64,000 nt of DNA, taken from the NCBI GenBank assembly GCA_025454795.1, contig JALONT010000001.1:64947-128946 (forward strand), read 5' to 3'. Position numbers and translations under genes: made by a program. Below, piece after piece: positions 56,868-64,000 of this stretch (its first letter is position 1; each line of letters opens with the position of its first letter). Source of the DNA: Bacteroidales bacterium (GTDB lineage Bacteria; Bacteroidota; Bacteroidia; Bacteroidales; VadinHA17). The notes beneath the pieces are model-generated. The model was not told where the DNA came from. It worked only from the letters and a program-made list of their open reading frames with translations, and searched no databases.

Positions 56868-57269
56868 ATGGCAAAATACAACGAGACAGAACCTGCTGCA
56901 ATTAATCTGATAAGTAGCGGAACCGATATTACCGGAGATGTTAAATCGGGAGGAGACATCAGAATTGACGGGTCTCTTACCGGGAATCTGAATACAAAAG
57001 GCAAGGTCGTTATCGGCCCCACAGGAAAGATCAACGGTGAAGTTATCTGCAAAAATTCAGAAGTATCAGGGATAGTTGAAGGTAGAATAAAAGTAAATCA
57101 GTTGCTCATACTTAAGGCTTCCTCAAAAATACTTGGTGATATAGCCACATCAAAACTATCGATCGAACCCGGAGCGATATTTTCGGGAAATTGTAAAATG
57201 AGCGAAAATAATAGCAATGGTGGAGCAGGAACCGAAAAAGGAAAAGAACCCGGAAGTCCCGGAAAATAA
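56868..57269 (+). CDS. bactofilin (polymer-forming cytoskeletal protein, DUF583)
   Basis: 133 aa. Repetitive beta-helix pattern (ITGDVKSGGDIRIDGSLTGNL.TKGKVVIGPTGKINGEV...) with a Gly/Pro-rich tail. Confidence 0.8.
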   Translation: MAKYNETEPAAINLISSGTDITGDVKSGGDIRIDGSLTGNLNTKGKVVIGPTGKINGEVICKNSEVSGIVEGRIKVNQLLILKASSKILGDIATSKLSIEPGAIFSGNCKMSENNSNGGAGTEKGKEPGSPGK

Positions 57270-57462
57270 AGACCTGGGTCAATTTGCAAAGTATTCGGGC
57301 ATAGTCGTCCAGATGTTTGTTATAATCTTTATTACAACCTGGGGTGGCATGAAGCTTGATAAACTCGCAGAATTCAGCAAACCCGTATTTACAATTATCC
57401 TCTCCCTTCTCGGAGTTTTTAGTGCAATTTATGTTGCAATAAAAGATTTTATAAAAAAATAA
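57217..57462 (+). CDS. AtpZ/AtpI family small membrane protein
   Basis: 81 aa. FAKYSGIVVQMFVIIFITTWGGMKLD plus a second TM. The ATG overlaps the bactofilin 3' end by 53 nt in another frame. Confidence 0.65.
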   Translation: MVEQEPKKEKNPEVPENKDLGQFAKYSGIVVQMFVIIFITTWGGMKLDKLAEFSKPVFTIILSLLGVFSAIYVAIKDFIKK

Positions 57463-57470
57463 TCCCTCTT

Positions 57471-57857
57471 TTGAAACCTCTGGCCAAATCTGTATTATTA
57501 CTGATAACAGTAGAACTCCTTATACTTATAACGGGATTCATTTTTGTCTCAGGGTTTAATAACAGCCTGATGTTTAGTGATATAGGACTTTTATCAGCTG
57601 TTTATTTTCTTATTACTCTGGTAACATTAGTTATTTTTTTCAGAGGCCAGGGTAAAGAACCTGCCAGTCAGACAATGCACACTCTGGTTTCAATAAGTTT
57701 AAAATTTATGGCAGAGCTGATATTCGCATTCATCTGGTTTTTTGTTGCCAAAAAAACAGGATTGTCAACCGTCGTGTTATTTTTTGTACTATATTTAACG
57801 TTCACATTGTTTTTAGTAATGGTTATATTAAAAACACTGAAATACAAATCTTTATAA
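57471..57857 (+). CDS. hypothetical 4-TM membrane protein in the ATP synthase operon (possible ATP synthase protein I-like)
   Basis: 128 aa with a TTG start per the track. Four hydrophobic segments. Its position between atpZ-like and atpB is the only functional clue. Confidence 0.5.
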   Translation: MKPLAKSVLLLITVELLILITGFIFVSGFNNSLMFSDIGLLSAVYFLITLVTLVIFFRGQGKEPASQTMHTLVSISLKFMAELIFAFIWFFVAKKTGLSTVVLFFVLYLTFTLFLVMVILKTLKYKSL

Positions 57858-57868
57858 CAAATTCAGAT

Positions 57869-59184
<1,316 letters not shown>

Positions 59185-59191
59185 AGGAAAT

Positions 59192-59222
59192 AAGATCCCG
59201 CAATGGTTGATTGCGGGATCTT
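59192..59222 (+). terminator. Intrinsic-terminator-like hairpin between atpE and atpF
   Basis: AAGATCCCGCAAT (59192-59204) pairs perfectly with ATTGCGGGATCTT (59210-59222) around a 5-nt loop. TTTTATT follows it. Confidence 0.6.
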
Positions 59223-59249
59223 TTATTAAAAACACCTAATTCAGGAAAT

Positions 59250-59765
59250 ATGATATTAGCTGGTAATAGTCTGACAAATGCTGGTATTGGCACAATCTTC
59301 TGGGCAGTATTGATTTTTTTCCTGTTTTTTCTGCTTTTGAAAAAATTTGCATGGAAACCAATACTTTCAGCAGTAAATGCGAGAGACGAAATGATCAAAG
59401 GCTCACTGGCTTCTGCTGAAAAGGCACGCGAAGAGATGCTGAAGCTCCAGAGCGACAACGAAGCCATCCTCAAAAAAGCCAGGGAAGAACGCGAATTTAT
59501 CCTCAAGGAGGGCAGAGACGTACGCGATAAACTGATAGCCGAAGCAAAGGGAAAAGCAACTGAAGAAGCTGAGAAAATAGTTGAAAAAGCAAAAACCTTA
59601 ATCGAAAGAGAAAAATCTAAAGCTCTGTCAGAAATCCACGAACAAGTCGCTTCTCTGTCAATTGACATAGCTTCAAAGCTGCTCGGTGAAAAACTTGCAA
59701 GGACTGACGAACAGGAAAAACTGATCAGCAGATACCTGAAAGATGTTGATCTTAACAAAAACTAG
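59250..59765 (+). CDS. atpF: F0F1 ATP synthase subunit b
   Basis: Single N-terminal TM (IFWAVLIFFLFFLLLKKFAWKP) followed by a long E/K/A-rich helix. I prefer the ATG at 59250, because the track start (TTG at 59211) lies inside the hairpin. Confidence 0.85.
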   Translation: MILAGNSLTNAGIGTIFWAVLIFFLFFLLLKKFAWKPILSAVNARDEMIKGSLASAEKAREEMLKLQSDNEAILKKAREEREFILKEGRDVRDKLIAEAKGKATEEAEKIVEKAKTLIEREKSKALSEIHEQVASLSIDIASKLLGEKLARTDEQEKLISRYLKDVDLNKN

Positions 59766-59780
59766 ACAGTTACTTCTTAG

Positions 59781-60332
59781 ATGAACAACAGCAGGATATC
59801 AGTCAGGTACTCACGGGCACTGTTTGAATCAGCACTTGAAAAAAAGATGCTCGACAAGGTCTATAATGACATGATCTTTATTTCAGAAGTATGCATTTTG
59901 CCGGATATGAAAGAGCTGCTGACGAGCCCGATAATCGTACCTTCAAAGAAAACTGCGATTCTCCATAAAATTATAGGAAATAATATTCAGAATATTACTC
60001 TTTCACTAATCGATCTGTTAGTGCAAAATGGCAGAGAATCATTTCTTCCGGCAGTTGCCAGGGTTTTTATTCACCAGACAAAGGAGCATAATGGTATTAC
60101 TGAATCGGTCCTTACAACTGCAGTAAAAGTTGATAACAAAATAAAAAAACAGATAGTAGATCTTGTATCCGGAATCTTCAAAACAAAGGTTGATCTGAAG
60201 GAGATAGTTGATAAGGAAATTATAGGAGGATTCATTCTGAGGATTGAAGATAACTATATTGATGCAAGCATAAAGAATAAACTCCGCAAAATAGAAAAAG
60301 AGCTGAAAGGGAGGTCCCTGACAGCGGGATAA
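59781..60332 (+). CDS. atpH: F0F1 ATP synthase subunit delta (OSCP)
   Basis: 183 aa. RYSRALFE N-terminus, IIGGFILRIEDNYIDASI near the C-terminus, and the expected operon position. Confidence 0.85.
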   Translation: MNNSRISVRYSRALFESALEKKMLDKVYNDMIFISEVCILPDMKELLTSPIIVPSKKTAILHKIIGNNIQNITLSLIDLLVQNGRESFLPAVARVFIHQTKEHNGITESVLTTAVKVDNKIKKQIVDLVSGIFKTKVDLKEIVDKEIIGGFILRIEDNYIDASIKNKLRKIEKELKGRSLTAG

Positions 60333-60367
60333 TAATGATAATTCAGAAAATTAACCAATAAAAAGAT

Positions 60368-61948
60368 ATGGCAAATATTAAACCAGCAGAAGTATCAGTA
60401 ATACTCAGGCAGCAACTCGAGGGGATACAGACTGGTGTTGAACTGGAAGAGGTCGGCACCGTACTTGAGGTCGGTGACGGGATAGCACGTATTTACGGAC
60501 TTTCAAATGCTCAGTCAAACGAACTGATTGAATTTGAAAACGGAATGGAAGCTATTGTCCTTAACCTTGAAGAAGACAATATCGGTGCTGTACTGCTAGG
60601 TCCGACTGAAGAGATCAACGAAGGCGACATTGTCAAGAGAACAGGCCGCATTGCTTCAATCGAGGTTGGTGAAGGATTACTTGGACGAGTTATCTCCCTG
60701 ACAGGCCAGCCTCTCGATGGTAAAGGACCTATCGGAGGGGAACTGTTTACTATGCCTTTTGAAAGAAAAGCCCCTGGTGTTATATTCCGTCAACCGGTCA
60801 GGCAACCGCTCCAGACAGGTATCAAACCGATTGATGCAATGATACCTATAGGGAGAGGACAGAGAGAGCTTATAATCGGTGACAGGCAGACAGGAAAAAC
60901 AGCGATTGCAATTGATACCATAATAAATCAGCGCAGCAATTTTGAAGAAGGGAAACCGGTTTATTGCATTTATGTTGCTATAGGGCAGAAAGGTTCAACT
61001 GTTGCAAATATTGCCAAGACACTTGAAGAGCAAGGAGCACTGGAATATTCTGTTATTGTACTTGCAACAGCCTCAGATCCAGCTGCAGCACAATTCTACG
61101 CTCCTTTTGCCGGTGCAGCTATTGGCGAATTCTTCAGGGATACAGGCCGCGACGCTCTGATAATTTATGACGACCTTTCAAAACAGGCCGTTTCATACAG
61201 GGAAGTCTCCCTCCTTCTGCGCCGGCCACCGGGCCGGGAAGCTTACCCCGGAGACGTATTTTATCTCCATTCAAGGCTTCTTGAAAGAGCTGCAAAAATC
61301 ATTGAATCAGACGAGGTTGCAAGAAATATGAACGACCTGCCTGAGTCTATCAGACATATGGTCAAAGGGGGCGGATCTCTTACAGCATTACCGATAATAG
61401 AAACACAGGCAGGAGACGTTTCCGCGTATATCCCTACAAACGTTATCTCGATAACAGATGGACAGATATTCCTTGAATCAGGTCTCTTTAATGCAGGTGT
61501 ACGTCCGGCTATCAACGTAGGTATTTCAGTATCAAGGGTTGGAGGAAATGCCCAAATCAAGGCTATGAAGAAAATTGCCGGGACACTTAAAGTCGACCAG
61601 GCTCAGTACCGCGAACTTGAGGCATTTTCAAAATTCGGATCCGACCTTGATGCTTCAACACTTGCTATTCTTAATAAAGGAGCAAAGAACGTTGAAATCC
61701 TGAAACAGGGACAATATGCCCCAATTCCTGTTGAGAAGCAGATTGCCATAATTTATTGCGGAACAATGGCATTGCTGAAAGATGTACCTGTTAAAAGAGT
61801 AAGGGAATTCGAAAAAGATTATATCGAATTCCTGGAGCTTAAACACAGGGATGTTCTTGACAAACTTCACGATGGAATCCTTAATAACGATATTACTAAA
61901 GTCCTTGAAACAGTAGCTGCGGAGCTGGTATTAAAGTTCAAGCCATAG
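60368..61948 (+). CDS. atpA: F0F1 ATP synthase subunit alpha
   Basis: 526 aa. Walker A GDRQTGKT, plus [26 protein letters not shown]. Confidence 0.97.
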   Translation: MANIKPAEVSVILRQQLEGIQTGVELEEVGTVLEVGDGIARIYGLSNAQSNELIEFENGMEAIVLNLEEDNIGAVLLGPTEEINEGDIVKRTGRIASIEVGEGLLGRVISLTGQPLDGKGPIGGELFTMPFERKAPGVIFRQPVRQPLQTGIKPIDAMIPIGRGQRELIIGDRQTGKTAIAIDTIINQRSNFEEGKPVYCIYVAIGQKGSTVANIAKTLEEQGALEYSVIVLATASDPAAAQFYAPFAGAAIGEFFRDTGRDALIIYDDLSKQAVSYREVSLLLRRPPGREAYPGDVFYLHSRLLERAAKIIESDEVARNMNDLPESIRHMVKGGGSLTALPIIETQAGDVSAYIPTNVISITDGQIFLESGLFNAGVRPAINVGISVSRVGGNAQIKAMKKIAGTLKVDQAQYRELEAFSKFGSDLDASTLAILNKGAKNVEILKQGQYAPIPVEKQIAIIYCGTMALLKDVPVKRVREFEKDYIEFLELKHRDVLDKLHDGILNNDITKVLETVAAELVLKFKP

Positions 61949-61980
61949 TAACCTGAATGTGATGATAAATTAAATTTCAG

Positions 61981-62865
61981 ATGGCGAATTTAAAGGCAAT
62001 AAGAATACGGATCAGCTCTGTCAAATCAACAAAGCAGATAACTTCAGCTATGAAGATGGTATCTGCCGCCAAACTCAGAAAAGCTCAGGATAAGATTGTC
62101 AGGCTGAGGCCTTATGCATCTAAACTGCATGAGATACTTGTCTGGCTGTCGCAAAGCCTTGCTGACTCTGAGCTTGAAAATGAATATGGACGCATTTCAG
62201 AACCTGAAAAGATCCTGTTAATAGTAATTACCTCTAACAGAGGACTATGCGGAGCTTTCAATTCCAATGTTATAAAAGAAGCCCGGAGAGTTGCTTCAGA
62301 AAAATATCCTGAACAATTAAATAAAGGGAATGTCACATTCCTTACAATAGGGAAAAAAGGGTTTGATTATCTGAGAAAACAAAGGGTGAAAATGCTTCCG
62401 GAACGCAATTATCTGTTTAACAGCCTTACATTTGAGAACGTGGCTGCTGTTGCCGGGGAGGTGATGAATAACTTTGTTACAGGGGAATATGACAGGGTGG
62501 AACTGATCTACAACCAGTTCAAAAATGCTGCTGTCCAGAACCTTACCGAAGAACCTTTTCTTCCGGTTGAAGCACCGGCTAAGGGAACCGCAGGATCCGC
62601 TCCTGCAGATTATATATATGAGCCGACACAGGAGGAGATTATAAAAGAGCTGATACCCAAATCTCTGAAAATTCAGTTTTATAAAGCAGTACTTGATTCG
62701 TTTGTTGCAGAACATGGTGCAAGGATGACTGCCATGCACAAAGCTACCGATAATGCAACAGGGATGATTCGCGATCTTACGCTTCAATACAATAAGGCAA
62801 GACAGGCAGCTATTACCAATCAGATACTCGAAGTTGTCAGCGGGGCCGAAGCACTGAAAGGTTGA
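61981..62865 (+). CDS. atpG: F0F1 ATP synthase subunit gamma
   Basis: 294 aa. IRIRISSVKSTKQITSAMKMVSAAKLRKAQ N-terminus and ARQAAITNQILEVVSGAEAL C-terminus. Confidence 0.93.
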   Translation: MANLKAIRIRISSVKSTKQITSAMKMVSAAKLRKAQDKIVRLRPYASKLHEILVWLSQSLADSELENEYGRISEPEKILLIVITSNRGLCGAFNSNVIKEARRVASEKYPEQLNKGNVTFLTIGKKGFDYLRKQRVKMLPERNYLFNSLTFENVAAVAGEVMNNFVTGEYDRVELIYNQFKNAAVQNLTEEPFLPVEAPAKGTAGSAPADYIYEPTQEEIIKELIPKSLKIQFYKAVLDSFVAEHGARMTAMHKATDNATGMIRDLTLQYNKARQAAITNQILEVVSGAEALKG

Positions 62866-62901
62866 CCAAAATTAATTTATAAAGATTCTTAACATAAAGG
62901 T

Positions 62902-63876
62902 ATGTACAATCATTCCGAACTGAAGGAGGTCATTGACAGGGCTTTGATTAACCTTTCCTATAACACGGAAGCATCAAGGCTTATTGATCCTGTTAAATAT
63001 ATTCTTTCAATGGGAGGGAAGAGATTAAGACCTGTGTTGGCTTTAATGGCTTGCAACCTGTTCTCTGATAAGATCGATAATGCAATATTACCAGCCGCAG
63101 GAATCGAAGTATTCCATAATTTCACACTTGTACACGACGATATAATGGACCAGGCTACGGTTCGGAGGAATTCTCCCACCGTTCATTGCAAATGGAATGT
63201 CAATCAGGCAATCCTGTCCGGAGATGTCATGGCATTTATTTCTAATGATTGTTTTTTACAGGCAGCGGCAAATGATCTGGCAAAAGTTTTAAGAGTATTC
63301 AATAAAGCTGCTATTGAGGTTTGTGTAGGGCAGCAGCTTGATATGGATTTTGAGAAAGCTCCTGTAGTGACACAGAGTGAATACTTCCGGATGATAGAGA
63401 TGAAGACTGCCGTTCTTATTGCAGCATCAGCTAAAATAGGGGCAATTATTGGTGGTGCCGATGAAAAAGATACAGATCTGTTATATGAATATGGTAAGAA
63501 CTTAGGTTTTGCTTTTCAGATTCAGGATGATCTTCTGGATATTTATGGTGATGCAAAGACCTTTGGTAAAACCACTGGGGGAGATATCGTAGCAAACAAA
63601 AAAACTTTTCTTTTTGTGAAGGCTTCTGAGCTGGCAAAAGAGAAACAGCTGAAACAGCTTCAGAATTTGTTCTCAATACAGGAAACTGATCCCGGAGCCA
63701 AAATAAATGCTGTTCGGGATATTTATGATCAGCTTAGCATCAGGGCAATTACAGAAACGCTCGCAAATGATTATATAAGCAGGGCTTTCAGCATGCTTGA
63801 TAAAGTGGGTACAGATCCAAAGAGAAAAACAGAGCTGGTAAATATAGCGAACTCACTTATAGGAAGAGATCAGTAA
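62902..63876 (+). CDS. polyprenyl synthetase, short-chain type (FPP/GGPP synthase-like)
   Basis: 324 aa. GGKRLRP, first Asp-rich motif FTLVHDDIMD with aromatic Phe at -5, and second motif FQIQDDLLD. Confidence 0.85.
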   Translation: MYNHSELKEVIDRALINLSYNTEASRLIDPVKYILSMGGKRLRPVLALMACNLFSDKIDNAILPAAGIEVFHNFTLVHDDIMDQATVRRNSPTVHCKWNVNQAILSGDVMAFISNDCFLQAAANDLAKVLRVFNKAAIEVCVGQQLDMDFEKAPVVTQSEYFRMIEMKTAVLIAASAKIGAIIGGADEKDTDLLYEYGKNLGFAFQIQDDLLDIYGDAKTFGKTTGGDIVANKKTFLFVKASELAKEKQLKQLQNLFSIQETDPGAKINAVRDIYDQLSIRAITETLANDYISRAFSMLDKVGTDPKRKTELVNIANSLIGRDQ

Positions 63877-63877
63877 T

Positions 63878-64000
63878 CTAAAGTTCCGTATTTTCGTGTT
63901 TGATCAGCCAGTCAATATTGATCAGAACTCCAGCATTGATCATGAACTGATTATATTTACTTACAAGATATTTAGCCTCCAGGAAGAGATCAAACTGGTC
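63878..64000 (-). CDS. 3' end (last 40 codons) of an unidentified minus-strand ORF that continues beyond the window
   Basis: My own translation of the reverse strand gives an open frame ...DQFDLFLEAKYLVSKYNQFMINAGVLINIDWLIKHENTEL-stop. It is too short to assign a function. Confidence 0.3.
   Translation of the reverse strand, partial: DQFDLFLEAKYLVSKYNQFMINAGVLINIDWLIKHENTEL

Noticed and set aside
62317-62787. 156-aa ORF antisense to atpG
   Set aside because: atpG is full length and conserved on the plus strand. The antisense product is Cys/Phe/Ile-rich with no motifs.

Overview
AT-rich (judged by eye, not computed), densely packed chromosomal segment with Bacteroidota hallmarks. These are TAnnTTTG -7 promoter motifs 15-40 nt upstream of several start codons, little Shine-Dalgarno signal, an atpBEFHAG operon without atpDC, a HemD-like/DUF4271 pair, and LytTR/LiaF-like modules. 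I call about 70 protein-coding genes, almost all housekeeping:
- Nucleic acid and translation: mnmG (3' end), apt, uvrC, polA, rnpA, dtd, rsgA, selU, yidD, queD.
- Carbon and lipid metabolism: two phosphofructokinase paralogues, two polyprenyl synthases, a fadD-like ligase, deoC, yceD-rpmF-plsX-fabH.
- Envelope and stress: lspA, a Tat-signal Fe/Mn SOD, an S41 protease, mntP, pepE, moaD-moaE, a U32 peptidase.
- Energy: a bactofilin-atpZ-atpBEFHAG operon.

I saw no rRNA or tRNA genes, CRISPR arrays, transposases, integrases, phage genes or recognisable defence genes. I did not find a compelling, clearly novel system. The most unusual items are:
1. A hybrid histidine kinase whose phospho-accepting His is Tyr and whose ATP-binding boxes are degenerate.
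2. A signal-less GH16-fold protein lacking both catalytic glutamates, with a triple-repeat N-terminus. It is divergently paired with a six-gene cluster of LolA-like, 2x FtsX, ABC ATPase, OM barrel and ICMT-like genes.
3. A LiaF-like / LytS-type / LytTR module.
4. Several families of intergenic palindromes and hairpins recurring at gene ends.
5. A terminator-like hairpin between atpE and atpF.

All functional calls come from motif recognition by eye. No searches were run.
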